Positions 24,589 to 38,700 are shown, counted from the first letter of the stretch. The stretch: 64,000 bases of DNA from Vicugna vicugna (GCA_013265495.1 MU057640.1:310001-374000), one strand, 5' to 3'. Translations and numbers: made by a program. Notes: a model not told the origin generated them from the letters alone.

Positions 24589-25794
24589 CCCCAGCTCCCT
24601 CTCCGAGTCCTTCACAATTCCTTAGGTTCTCAGGGTTAGAAACAGAAGTCTTGTTGAGGTAGGCCCTCCTCCTGCTCACCTTTTGTGGTATGTGTCCTCC
24701 CTCATCTTGGGGCCACTTTCCCACGGTGTGGGGTGGGCAGGTGGCGAGCTGGGGTGAGCCTGGCGGCAGGCCCGAAGGTGTGAACCCCTCAGGGCAGGGG
24801 ACCGAGCAGCTTATATTATAGCAAAGGGGAATGAACCTGAATCCGTTGCATTTTATGTCAGTTAAAAATAATACATATATATATATATACCCGTATAGAC
24901 ATATAAAAGGAACGTGGCGTGTATTCAGGCTGCTGCTGGCTGCAGAGACTTGCAGTCTGTCCCCAGCACCGGGGTAAGGTGGCAGTGGCAGCAGGTCTTC
25001 CCCACAAAACCGAGCCAGGTCCGGAGCCACTGTGTGTTGCTAGTCAGTCACCTTTTGCTGCTTCTCTCCGAGCCTTCGAAGCCTTCGTGCCCCTCAGCTG
25101 CCGGGGGAAGGGAGCTTCCCAGGTACTTCTTGCTTGGAACAGCCCGCAGGGGATCTCCCTGCGCCCTCCAGAGGCGGATCCCAATTCTTGGCCTAAGCCT
25201 GTTTCAGTCAGCAACCCCTCAGCCTAGCGTGCAGGTCACGGATGGGTGGAGGGTGAGAGGTAGGGTCCTCGGCCCTGAGAGTCCAGGAGCAGGTGACATG
25301 ACATCCCCTGTTCCTGGGGAGATCACGGGAGACAGGCCTTCCCCAGCAGTGTTTCTTGCTTGTTGATGCTTCTGTCTGTGCAACCACTTGGCTTTCCCTG
25401 CCCTGACGTAGAGCACCTGCTTCTCTCCCTTTCCAGCCCCCTAGAGCCCACCATCCACTGAGTGTTGCACTAGGATTTTTGCTTATTTCAAAGTGTCTTA
25501 ATTCTTTGTTCCCAGACACATGGCCCCTCTAGCCATTGGAGGGGTGATCATGAGAAATCTTCCAGGGAAACAGAGCACAGACTGGACTGTTAGCTGTTTG
25601 GTTTTTTAAATAGTATATATAAATATTTCAGCAGATCATTAAGAAAAAATTCTCTCTTCGGTCCTGGAAAGAGAAGTCAAATGAACTTTTCTCAGCAAGA
25701 GCTGGGACATCCGTACCTATCGTGACTGGAAGGACTGTTGTGCTGAAATCTTGAGAGCATGGTGGAGTTTATCTTCAGTGGCCAAAAACGAAGA

Positions 25795-25800
25795 ATTAAA
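25795..25800 (+). terminator. Probable ZFYVE1 poly(A) signal ATTAAA (3' UTR about 24589-25820)
   Basis: ATTAAA followed by a GT-rich tract (ttcttggttgactggtgggt). Confidence 0.55.
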
Positions 25801-28244
25801 AGCGACATCGTTCTTGGTTGACTGGTGGGTGGGCCGAGCTTCAGGGAGATATGTGGCGGTCATTTTTGATGTGAGTGTCACTGTGACGTGAGCCCTGGAA
25901 TGTGTCGGTCCTCTGCAGACCTGTTCCCTTCCTGCCTCCCATGGCCCAATGGCCGAGGCCCTGCCCTAGTACCGTGTATTATCAAACGCGCCGTCATAAA
26001 GGAATCTTCTGTGGAATGTGGACTTGCTGCCTTTTTCCTCTAACTCCATCAGCACATCTTGCTGCCTCTTTCTAATTGATGGGAAAGTAGCTGGTGGCTC
26101 TCAGAGCAAAAGCCAAGTGAGAGACGGTAATATTTTAACTGTAAACACCTCAATCCCCTAGGGACCTCTCTCACAGAAGAGACTAGGTGTCACTAGTGAC
26201 CTCTGGAAACACTGGGGAGAAACTGTTTTCCACCTTTGCACCTGTCACTCGCTCTTCGCTCCTCTGCCCTGCTTGGTCTGTCCACCTCCTGTTGAACAGC
26301 TCCTGTTCTCCACTGTCTGCTCTTGTCGCTGTCCCCTCCCTTCTGTGCCCCATCTTTTCTCCCATCTTTCTCTTTCCTGATCCTGTTCTTCTTGTCCTTC
26401 TCTTCTATTTTCTGGGCAAGGGGGGCAGGGTGGGGAGGGTCTGGGGAGGCGGGATGTGTACAGGGTGGCCTGGCTGCTGGTCCTATTGTCCAGGGGCATT
26501 TGGGTTGGCCTGACCACATAGGAATGATGCAGAAAAGCTTTCTGAACTCTCCCCCTTACACTGGTCAGACCAGTAGAGAGAAGGGGAGGTAGCCCAGTGT
26601 CAGAGCCGCTGGCAGTCCTTTTCTTGCCTGCACATCCAGTGTCCTCCCTGCTCTTGCAGCAGCTTGTATTCAAATGAAGCCAGGAGTGCAGGTGCGTGGG
26701 TGATAGGAACAAGCAGGGAGATGTGTTCAGAAGTCACCTGCAGGAGACAGAAGTGGCTGGTCTTGAGGAAAGAAGAAAGGAAAATTATGTCGAGGAGATC
26801 TTAACCTTCCAGAGGTTAAGTAAAAATAAAGTGAAAAAAAGGTTGTTTCCTTCCAGAGGAAAAGCAGAAATTCCATTCTGTCAAACACAAGGGGCCTAAT
26901 ACATTCTGGGACTTGAGCCGGAGACCCTGCCGGCTCTGCCACTTACTAGTAGATGACCTTGGGCAAATTGCTTTCTTTTCAGTTTTTTTCTTCAGTATAT
27001 TGGAGTGACCTTCACCTACTTCATAGGGTCCTAAGAATGATAAGGAAGTAATGATGCAGAAATTGTTTGTTCAGTGTACTGTGTCTGGCTGTGGCAAGTG
27101 CTGGAGGTTTCTGTGAAGCTGAGACTTAATAGCTGGCCTTTTATAGATGAAGCCGAGTGGAGGACAGCTGGAGCAGAGGCCCAGATGAGGGAGGGACTGG
27201 AAGCGTGTCCTGAGAGCACCAGGTGGGAGGTGGAGCAGGGGTAACAAGGTGAAGCACACGGGGTCAGATCTCAGGAGGCCGCACCTTCTATTCTGAGGCC
27301 CAAGAAGCCACTAAACGCAGGGATCTTTTGGGACGGTCACTCCTGTGGCAGTGGCCTGGGGAGGAAGACTTAAAAAAGTGGGCCCAGGGGCTTTTTACCA
27401 ACACCTACTAATGGAGAAATAGAGGAGGAGACTGAGTTCATCCTGCAGTTGTTTTCGGAGCTGGTTGTGTGGAAGATTTAGACCAGGACAGAACAAGGGC
27501 TGACAGGTAACTGGGGCTAACTTGGTCTCAAAGGACACTTCCGGGTCCCCTTGCTTCGGGACCAGAAGGCAGCCGCCAGTGCTTTCCAGAGCAGGCGGGG
27601 CCAGCTGGATCCTAGGGTGGCTGCAGAGGAGGATGGAGCATGAGGCAGGTGTTTATCCGTGGGCATTTCTGGTAACCAGTTTGTGCCACTGCTGTCCTCT
27701 GTTTAGAAGGCTACAAGCAAGCAAATGGCAAAGGGTTTATTTGAGCTCAGTGCTGCTTTCACCATTGCCTGTTCATTCTCTACCTTTCACTGTCACCTGG
27801 GGGAAGGGCAAAATGCCCTAACAGACTTGCAAGTGAAAAACGCTTCCAGACTGTGTAACATAGTAATTTTCAGGACACTCTAACAAGCAAACATAACAGA
27901 CAAACACACCAAAATGCTTAATCAACTTCTCAGCTAAATTTAACCACTTTTCACACAACCTAGAGAATGTGACCTCTTCTGGTTCCAAGTCCCAGCTCTC
28001 CACTTAACAGGTCTGTGATGGAAGGCAAATCATTCAATTTCTCTGTGCCCAGAAAATGATGCTAATAATTTTAGTATTACTACTCCTGTCCTACCTCCTT
28101 CACAGGTTGTTATAAGGGTCAAATCAGGTAAGATGGGGGGCAAGTTATTTATAAAACATAAGGCACTAAAAATATGTTATTAACATTAAGCTCATCCATC
28201 AGACGATCAATCTCATACTCTCCTGTTTTTTTGGATTTCGTTCT

Positions 28245-28600
28245 CTGTACATTAAGTTGTAGGAGGGTTCTGACAGGACAGATATGTAACACTCAAGGGG
28301 GTAACTGAAGAGAGTTTAATTGGTGAAGCATCCTGGGCTAGCAACACTGAGGTAGTTATCAGCTATAGGTCTGAAGGGACAAATGGAGAGTTGTTGGAAA
28401 CAGAGCTGTGTTCCCACAGAGGAAGAGAGCCTCAGCCCAGCAGGAGGGGTGCCTGGGAAGTAACAATCCCACCTCACTCTCCTGCCCTCTGCTTTCCTGC
28501 TGCTTCATCCCACTGGCTGAACCTGATGTCCACAGAGGCCAGCCTCTTGGGCATGGAGTGGATCTGCAGGGGAAAGTGGAAGCTCTCCAGCAGAGCCACT
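28245..28600 (-). mobile_element. ERVL LTR16-like solo LTR between the two poly(A) sites
   Basis: Reverse strand gtcccttcag..gttgctagccc..attaaactctcttca; similar to 62080-62475. Confidence 0.55.
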
Positions 28601-28737
28601 GAAGCTGGTCTCAGTCTCTGCCCTTTTGCCCTAAGATTTGAGATGTTACTGTAGCTGGCCTGCTGCTACAGCAGCCAAGCATCATGATCTTCTAAATTAT
28701 TAACAAAAGCAACACACCATGCCATGGTTCTTTCTAG

Positions 28738-28743
28738 TTTATT
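28738..28743 (-). terminator. Probable DCAF4 poly(A) signal AATAAA (3' UTR about 28720-29597)
   Basis: Plus-strand tttatt; GT-rich element ggtgtgttgcttttgtt follows on the minus strand. Confidence 0.7.
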
Positions 28744-29597
28744 GTTTGGTAGAAACACCGGCTCTTTAACACTTTGTATAAACATCTCACAAACTGCTTC
28801 TCCTAGATGACAAAAAGTCAAAAGCCAGTTTTTTTTTTTTTTTTGAGATGGGGCCCCCTGAACCTGACACTGAAGTCACCATGATAGAAACAAGAGCTGC
28901 TGTACCTAACATTCTGGAAGGTGCCTCAATGAAGGCATGGTAAGGCCTGTTTAAAACCTCTAACATCTAAAAAGAACCATCTTTCTTTCCAATGCCTATG
29001 AATGGTAATAAAGGAGAATCCCAGACATCTGATACTAATATAGAGTGAGTCTGAAAAGGCTACTTTCATGATTTCCAACTCTAGCCTTAAATCTTTCTCT
29101 AGATTCTCAGAGAAATGACTTCCCCTGCTCTCCAGCTGACTGTAAGTACACATGCATATTTCTGGGACCCAGGCACCGGCTCCGACAGTCTTGCCTGGCC
29201 TCATCATTAGGTTTCTTGAAAGGGCTTTTGGTGAAAGAACAAGCTTTAATTTAATTATTGTCAATCTTAAGCCCTTAGAAAAGTACTTTTTGTTAAAAAA
29301 AAAAAAGCGGGAGGGGGTATTCTAAGGAATTCAACAAGAAAAGGAAATAGGTACCTTTTATGAAAAGGACTTTTAAGCCTTCTGAGCCCACAACTTAACT
29401 GAAATAACTTTACTGAAGTGTCTCCACATAAAACAGCACCCGTTCCCCCACAGCTGGATGGATGGATGGGATATGCATACATGGAGCATCCATTTAAAAC
29501 AAAATAACCTCACTGCAAACAGCAGTTGTGGCAAAAACATGGCTACTCTTCACTCCCTTGAGTCACATCCACCTCCCTCCAGGCTGCACCCTCAGAA

Positions 29598-29791
29598 TTA
29601 GCTGTAGGAGAAGCAGTAAAGGTCCTGCCGGACGGCCATGAGCAACCCCGGCGCTCCCTGGAAGCCCCCAAGCCGAGAAGAGAAGGCCACGCTGGGAATG
29701 TCGGCCTTGGAGGTGGGGTAAGGGGAGGGTATGGTTCTGAGCAGCTGGGCATCGTGGAGGCTCCAGATTCTCGTGTAGCAGTCCTGGCCCA
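29598..29791 (-). CDS. DCAF4: DCAF4 last coding exon ([10 protein letters not shown]...YCFSYS*)
   Basis: ttctcag acceptor; TAA at 29600-29598. Confidence 0.96.
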
Positions 29792-32700
29792 CTGAGAAAG
29801 AGGGAAGGCAGGTGGCAGGTTAGTGAGAGAATGCAGAGGACAATTTGTGGACCTGGTTTTCTCCCATGATTCCTAAGGGCTAAAGATGAGTCCATGTGAG
29901 CCAAAACAAACTCCAAACAAATTATTTCTACTGATAAGATGTACTTTTTGAAAATTAAAGTTACAGGTCGCCCTGGGTCTCTAAAACCACAGCTAACTGC
30001 AGGCACTCAAAGTGACAAGAGGCACTGGCTGGCTGTGACACCCTGGGTGGCTCATGGGGCACCATGGCTAACAGGTGGGCATCCTGCTCCTCTTGGTGTC
30101 AAGGGCTATTGAAGAGGGAACCCAACCCACATGGTCTAGATGACATGCAACTGATTTCTTTTTCATGAAATGGTAACCAGGAAGATCTCTTAACTTCATT
30201 GTATCCTGGGGACAAACCAGGTGACAACCCTCCCCAGAGCGCTTCCTAGTTTAATAAGGTTCAGTACACAAGACCGGATAGTCCTCGTCACCGTTGTGAG
30301 GAATCTGACACCTGACACCATTGGTTACGGCAGCCCAGACAACATGTGCTACTGGAGATCTTCAGGGAGGAGGGCAGACCTTAGATGTCATGGATTTCAG
30401 TGTGTGCTTTTGACCACCTGAATGACATTACGACCAGCTATGGTTCAGTTCAGGTTGTGCAGTTCGAAGATTATTGCAGCCCGCCTACTACCCACATCTG
30501 CCTCTCAACAAGGCTATTTTCTACTATCCAGAACACAAAAACTCTTCTGAGATGAAAACTTGGGGAAAACAGACTGTTGGTGGTGAGAGTAATAAATAAT
30601 GCCTAAGAAAGTTCTAAAATGATGCTTCTTAGCCACACAAAAAAACTCACAGCAAATAGGTACTTCCTGTAGGACTATTAGCAAATTTGAGGATCTGTGA
30701 AGACTGAGAACATATCCCTTAATAGTAGGGCCTACTATTTCATCTGTGAAACTGTCCAATTTTCATGCTAACAGAATATTCTATAGCCCAGAAGCACTAT
30801 AATCTATGATCAACTTGTAATTACTTTCAAGGGGTTTTGGTGCTAGGAAGCTCTGCTTCCATTCTGCAAATCATGTGTTCACAGTAGTGCTGTTAAAGGG
30901 ACCCAGCCATCAATTCCTTTCAAGGACCTCAATCTCTTTTCTTGGCATCCGCTGGTGGATGTAAGAGCAAAAAGGACAGGGAGCCCAACGTCTTCGACGG
31001 GACAGCTGCATGATAGGATGAGGGTCGCATTGAATGCCCACCTGGTGAACAGACTTAAACCCCTCACCCAGGTCTCTTCAGTCACTATGTTCTATTGCAC
31101 TTTAAACTCTTGTTTACTAATGTCCAATTCTACATCCTGTCGTCTCCCTGACCCCAGGAGTCCAAAATTCCTTTATTCGGTTTTGTTTTGGAGTCATTTC
31201 TCCCTCGTCTACTTAAGTTGCTGGGTACCTAAGGGACAGTGTTTGATGAAACCAATCTCCTCATCCCCAGGTACCTGCCACCACGATTCCTTCTTCTTCA
31301 TGCACGTGCAGAGGCAGGTGGGCATACTCGTTCACGTGCCCTTCGTACTGCCTTATGCACTTAGTGGTCCTCAGGTCCCACAGCTTGATCTGTGGGAAGA
31401 AGCACAAGGGGCCGTTAGGGAGGGTCCAGCAGGTACACTGGTGAACCCCAGGCACAGAAGCCAGAGAGGGTGATGTGGTCTCCAAAGAACTCTTCATGTC
31501 AGAAAAATCTAAGTCTCAAACTTCTAAGCCTTTGCTTCCATTAAAAGCACCGGAACCAGCTTCATGTCTATTTAGACCGGGCAGGGCTTCCAGTGGGCAG
31601 CAAAGCCCCGCACAGCCCACAACTCGCCTGGTCTCCAACTGCCTTTCCCCGGCTGCTGTCTGGCATGAGGGTCTCTTCGGCAGAGCCTTTCCACCTGGCA
31701 GAGCTCTCGGCCACCAGCTCCAGCAGCCTGAGAAAGTCAGTGGCACCCCTACCGTTCCAGCCATGTCGGATGCCATGACACATTGCTCTTCTTGGAGGAT
31801 TTGTACAGAGGTAACTGCTGAGTCGTGGAACAGACGGGTGGCCTGCCAGCCCTTGCCCTGATTTCGACAACGCAGATCAATAGCAAAGATCTCCCCGGAA
31901 CGACAGCCATTAAACAGCAAGGGAGCCTGTGGAAAGAGGGGCTGCTCAGTACCTCCCTACCAAGGCTGGGAGGGCTGAGACCTCTGGAATATAACCCCTG
32001 CTTCCCCTCCCCTATCCCAGCCCCTGGTAAGAAGTACAGGTGCAGACAGGTTCCTTAGGGTTTGAGCCTCAGTGGAGTTGGAAGGGTCCTTAGAAAGGTC
32101 AAAGAACTGGATGCTACATGTCTCTCCAGTGTCCTCCCCAATGGCTGCAACTGGCACCTAAGGTCTTACCCTGACCCCCCTCCCTGTGAAGTGATGGCAC
32201 CCTGCCTCCTCCCAGGTCTTTAGTGAGAAGCTGGGTGGTGAGTGGGGAAGGGGAGAGAGAAAGATCCAGATAAAGACACTGGGTCCCAAAGAGAGTGGGA
32301 AGATGACTGAGGAACCCTGAATAATGACCTCTGCTTATTGTCCAAAGCAGGCACATCTCCTTCCACACTTTTAAAGAAAGGTGGCATTTCTACAGGTCAA
32401 GTCTTTGAAATGTAGCAATAAGAAGAATCTTGATTGTTTAACATATAAAAGGTGTATCTGACAGTTGCATATAAAACTATTAGGTGTTATGAATTGGTAC
32501 TTGATTTACACATTAAAAAAAGGACTTGTGCTGCTGGCTAATCTAAGTACTCAAGAACTGCTAACAATTTATTTAAACAGGAAGTTGTTTAAAGCCAGCT
32601 GAGCCAGGCATTTCTGGATCAGCCAAATTTCACTCAGCACAGACTTATTCACCAAGTAACCGTCAGTCCTTCTGCTGCCCTCTTTTTCCCTGTAAGAGGG

Positions 32701-35700
32701 AGGACCACTAGATGCCACACAGGGAATCCCATTTCAATCCAGCAAAATGTCCACTCTTGGGAAACTGTGTATTATGCACACCCTTCCAATCCAACCAACC
32801 ATGAGCGCAAACTGCTGGGCCAAGACATCGCTGCTGGTCCCGAAGGACTGCCGGTGCCCCGTCACCACACTGGTCACCAGGACTCGCCGAGACAAACCTG
32901 ACAGACACGGAGATGGGTGGGGAGACAGCGTTACCCGCAGTCTGCGGGGAACGACTGTGGGCAGGGGTTTAAGGTCTGTGAAATGCTTCTTCCTGGGCAC
33001 GTGGGGCGTCAGCTGTAGCTCACCTGTACTAAAGCAGTTATTTGCCTGGATGTTCAGGGACCATGCACAGGACCAGGCCCCAGGGATCCGAAAACTGCAG
33101 AGCATGCCAGGCCGGTCTCCTCCTGCTGAGGGAACAGGAGTGTAAAACTTGGCGGCTGCCTTCCAGGGATGGACATCTACCCTCCATGCTGCTGGGCCAG
33201 TGACCACCAGGTGTGGGAAGCCTCCAGAAATAGCTGCTCAGAGGGCCTACATCTTGGCTCCATCCTGGGTTTTATGGTAGCAAAATAAGGGGCACTCGGC
33301 TAAGGGTGCCTAGCTCAAAAGTGGTTACTCTGAGAGTGAATATATGGACCTTTCCTGCCTTCCCAGCAGCAGTGCTAGAAACACCAGGGAGCTAGAAATA
33401 CCAGCCACCAGGGAGGCAGTGTGGTGTCACAGATAAGAGGGTTTCAATTCCAGATCACACTCAAAGCTGTGTGAACTCAGGCAAACTTTTTTTAAAACTT
33501 TTTTTTAACTAATAAAACATATATAAAGGGTACAAATCATAGTATAAGTTTAATGAGTCATCTCTAAGTAAGTACAGGCATGTAACCACCACCCAGGTTA
33601 AGAAATAGACCCCTTGTGTCCCCTCCCAATTACTACCTCCCCACGCACTCGTCCCCTAAGAGAACCACTATCCTGACTTCTAACACCATCTCTCAGTTTT
33701 GTAAGGCAAATTCTGAACACCTTTGTTTCAGTTTCCTCACCTGCGAAATGGTGATAACACATACTCCCGCCTCATAAGCTTGCTGTATGATGAAATGCTA
33801 GGCACCCGGCTAAGTGTGCATTAAGTCACTCCATGTACCCCGAGGGGGTAGGTATTATCTTTCCTTTACAGAGGTCAGGCAATCTGTTCAAGCTGGGAAG
33901 GGGCAGAGCTGGGATTCATGCCAGCACTCTTACAGGACTGACCCTCATCCAATTGATCCTAATTCTCTGAAAGACCGAAAACTTAATATCCAGAATGCTG
34001 CCAGGCAGTTGAACTGTCTTCAGCCAGACAGAACGGAAGTATCTCTGACAACACCTGCCACACGGCAGGAGCTTAACAGATGTTCTCTGGATGATCTGCA
34101 CAGGCGGCCCAAGTAAGTATTTTGATCTCTTGTACTGGTTACACACGTTTTTAACTGTTCTGGCTACTGAAATGAACCAAAGGGAGGTGCTAAGTGAAGA
34201 TGCACATGTACAAATCCTGGGGCAGTTTAAGGAATCCTCCCAGTTGCTTCTGCAGACTGTCCCTACCCTGCGAGCTCTGACCTGGCTCACCCAGCCTGTG
34301 GTTCCCAGCCCTCCTGTCCAAGCCATCACCATGGAGCTTATGCCATTGTTGGCTGCAGCTCCTGGGAGGCAGAGGACAGAGACATTCCTCAGAGCACCTC
34401 CTTATCCAAAGGAAAAGGACCCCCTGTACCTGGATGACTGCTGACAAACAGTGATGCTGGAAGCAGGGTGGCGCAGCCTGGAGTCTCTGCAATTCCCATG
34501 AGGCACAGCCTGGAAAAGCTGTTAAGGACAGTCAAGTACAAGGTCTCCTCTGGGAGGAGAATAGGCATTAGTAGCTTTCAAAAATTCTTAATAATACCCA
34601 TCATTCATATTTAACACGTTTCATATTTTTTTAAAGGAAAAAAGGTCACAGTTAAAAGCCTCCCTTTAACTTTCCCTACCCAGAAAGAATCACTATTCTA
34701 AAACTGGTCTGAGGTCTAGTCCACAATACTTCCCCGATATGATATTTGTCCATGAGCAATATAATGAACTACTTGGCTTTAAAATATACATAAATCACAG
34801 CACACAGAATCTCCTATAACTGTTCAGCCTGCATTGCCTCCTAGTCATCTGTGTTTGTCTGCAGCTCCAGCTCATCTGTCATCACCACAGAGCATCCTCG
34901 TGTATGAATACACCCCAATTTATTTATCCCGTCTCCTGCTGATGGGCACTGAGGTCGTTTTGGCCCTTTTTTCTCCTCCGCTCCGTGGCTGGAATGAGCC
35001 TCTCTTCCTATCCTGTCTCCCACTCCCATGTGTGGGAGCCTTCTCTAAAGCAGTTTCTTACATCCATGGTAAGAATTTCACTTTACACTACAATGTGCTA
35101 TATACACACAGGCGTTTTAAAGTTTCATAAAATATTTAATGTTACTAAATACGAAACTGATATTTTCTAGTCTACTTCGTTAAAACAAAAAGCTGCTCAA
35201 TAAACTGATTTCATGGTCCTCTGATAGGTTATGACTCAAGTTGGGAAGCATGGCTCCAGTGTCTGTACCTGGAATGGAACTGTGGGGCGGGAGGGTACAT
35301 TCACTTGCAACCTAAAGTGGCTGTCTCATTTACTCCCACCAGCAGCTTCCCCCATTCTCCACATTTGCCAAATTTGGCACTAACAGACTTTAAAAATCTG
35401 TGCTCATCTGAATGGGCATAAAATATCTCATTTTAATTTGCATTTCCCTGACTACCTCTGATTACAGTAATTTGGGTTTCCCTTTCTTTGAACTGCCTCT
35501 TTATTCCCTTTGTCTGTTTTTCTATTGGACTGTCTCTCTTCTGACTGATTTGGTTCCTTTCCCTTCAGAGCCAAACTTCTCCCAACAGAAACCTATGTTT
35601 ATCCCCACTTCCTTGCCTTTCTTTGACTCAACCCACTGAAATCCAGGTCTGACCCTCGCCTGGAACATTCTTCCCAAAGTCTCCAATGAGCTCCTAATTT

Positions 35701-38700
35701 CTAAATCTGATGAATACTTTTCAGTCCTGCCCTGCGCCGAGCAGCAGTTTCTAACTATACACTCCTCTTGGTGTTTCAGCCTTGGACCTTCTCCTATCAC
35801 CAAGATTCCCTGGCCTTGATTCTAAGCCTCCTGGATTCATGCCTCTCCTCCCCCGCTGCCCATCAGTTCTCCCCCTCTCCACTGCCCTCTTACTCTCACA
35901 GCGGCCTTCTGTCCGAGGTCTCACCCTCACCAGCCCATCACCCACACTGCTATGTAAGAAATGGCTCCTCGACCACAGTCCTTCAGGGGCACCCCACAGC
36001 CTGAAGATCTGGCCTTGCAAGGCCCTACCTAGCCAGAGACATCACGGATACCAAACCACTTGCTGCTGCAAAGATGCCAAGCTCTCTCCTCACTCTTCCT
36101 TCTGACTGGAGCTCTGTCCTCTCCTTCCCATGTGGGAACCACCTCCAGAAAGGCTGCCCCCATCTCTGCACCCTATTGTATTCAACTGCCCCACAGACAT
36201 CACTGCATAGACTGACCACCCGTTCAGCTGCCCAGGTCCAGCACCTTGCACGGGGACTGAATATGCTCAACAGACATTGGTGGAACGAACACTCATGCAC
36301 ACCTCATTGAAAAATCTACATCTCTGCCACATAATGAGGCACCAGTCTTGACAGTCCGAATGTGTGACGTGGGCTTATCATGTTGCACTGGGTAGTCAGC
36401 TCCATGTTAAGGATGTCCAGGACAGTGGCTGCTGAAATTATAAACGAGAACGCCATATCGGGCAGCTCAATTCTTTCTGAAATAAATCTCTTTTCCTTCT
36501 GGGTTTTAAGGGCAAAAGGGAGAAAGTCCTTACCCAGGTACACTTTTAGTGACTATGGCTGAAAGCCAGGTTACACTCAAACCCTGTACGGTTCTTACAG
36601 GGCCAGTATCATAGATTTAATCCTTTCATAGGCCACAGGTCAATGCATAACCTCGTAAGTGCAGGAAAAATGCAGTCTAACTTCCCACCACTCTTTGGGG
36701 AAAAGCACAGAGCACAGGTCTGAATCAGGTTCCGTTTTGTGAAGGGAGAAACTTCCACGACCTTCAGCAGAAGCAGCAGGTGCACAAAAGCCTGAAGATT
36801 ACCTGAAATGACCACCAGGGGGCAAGCCGCTGATCAAACTACAAGAGACCACACTCTCTAAACCCAATTACAGGCATACCTTGTTTTACTGCGCTTTGCA
36901 GACAGTGTGTGCTTTGTTTTGAACAAACAGAAGGTGTGTGGTGACCAGGCGTCAGGGCAAGTCCACTGGCACTATTTTCCCAATGGCATTTGTTCATTTT
37001 GTGTCTGTGTCACATTTTGGCAATTCTCACAGTATTTCAAACTTTTTCATTGTTGTTGTATTTGTTATTGGTGGTCTGTGATCAGTGATCTTTGATTCAG
37101 AAAGATTATGACTTGTTAAAGGCTCAGATGATGAGCATCTATCACACTCTTAAAAGACTACAGTATAGTGTAAACATCACTTTTATACAGGCTGGGAAAC
37201 CAAAAAACTTGTATGACTTGTTTTATTGCGGTATTCGCTTTACTGCAGTGGTCTGGAACCGAATCCACAATATCTCTGAGGTACGCCTGTGTGTGGATTT
37301 TTGTCCTCTCTTTAGCCCACCGAGAAAAGTGTGGAGACAGTGCCGTATCATTTGAAGATCAGAAATGAGAGCAGGTTGTTTTCTCTCTTTTAAGGCCTGA
37401 TCTCTTCTGCCCTCTGGTAAGATCATCATAATAACACATGGTCCCATCACATCCCAGAACCCGACGAAATGAAAGCCACATAAAACTTTCAATTTACAGA
37501 ACACACAAGTTCTCTGTTTGTCTTACATAAAATTTATAATCAGATCTCTAATGTGCTTTAGGCTTTAAAACCTTTCGAAATAGAGTGCTGTGGAACAAAC
37601 TGTTAAAAAAACCCTGAAAAAACCAGGTTCCAATTCAGGCATCATTTGTTGAGGAACCATGACGTGGCCACGCACTGTGCTAAGTGAATTCATGGATGTT
37701 AACTAGTTAACCTCATGACAACTCGTGAAGTTGGTGTTCGGTATAACAAGTGGTCACATAGTTCTAAGAACTCATTTATTACGGAAATGAACTGTAAGAC
37801 TCAGTAATATGTGGCTTTGGGTCAAACAACTTCACTCCATGAAGGACATGAGGGACAGCTGTCCTGTGCATCAGCAGGAGCCCCCAGGGATTGCAAGGAA
37901 GGACCCAGCTCCCCTGACACTACACAGTATATACTATGTTCCTACAAATCCCTGATGGCTCTCTGGGAAGGGAAGGCACAGACTAGAATGAAGAGTGCTC
38001 TAAAGAAGCCATCTCCGGCTGGCGACCTAGGCCCAGAGCCCACAGCCCCAGTCCAATGTCAAAGGAACCTCCTCCTCTGGTGCCTGCCCTCAGCCTCCCT
38101 CGCCCCAGGACCACTGCAGCTCTGGGCTCCTCCTTGGCCTCAGGAGGATTTGGGGTTCCTTTCCAAGGCTTTACTGTTCCCTTCTGCTTTGTTCCTCTGC
38201 TAAAGCACTGACTCAGGTTTCAGAAGTGTCTGGCACATAGTGACATCATCCTAGGACCTCAACTACTTCTCTGTGCTTCATGGGAAGCCTTATTTTCTAC
38301 CCAGGTGCACTGCTCTTTCCTACAGGGTGAGGTGTATGTGCAGAATGGCCCAGACTTCTAGAGACTACGATACCATCTCACAAACCCCACAGATGCCTAG
38401 GTCCATATTAGGGCATGGCCTACCCACCAAACCCCTTTACCTGCCAAAAGATACAGAATGTGGGAATCCAGATGATTCAGTGAGGCCCAGCACACAGCAT
38501 TCACCTGGTGAGGAAGCACATAGCAAGATGCAAAAATTGGTTTGACTGTCAACTCATGGAGAGAAACAGACAAATACTTTCTTGTGGAATACACGTATGT
38601 GACTTCTTTCTTCTTTTCTCACTCCTTGAAAGGGGGCTGGAACAAGCATCCTGAGAACGGGGAAGCTCCCTACCCCACCATATAGAGCCTAGAGAGGGAA

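Noticed and set aside
24914..25366. 150-aa ORF after the ZFYVE1 stop
   Set aside because: GC-rich 3' UTR, non-ATG start, no homology recognised
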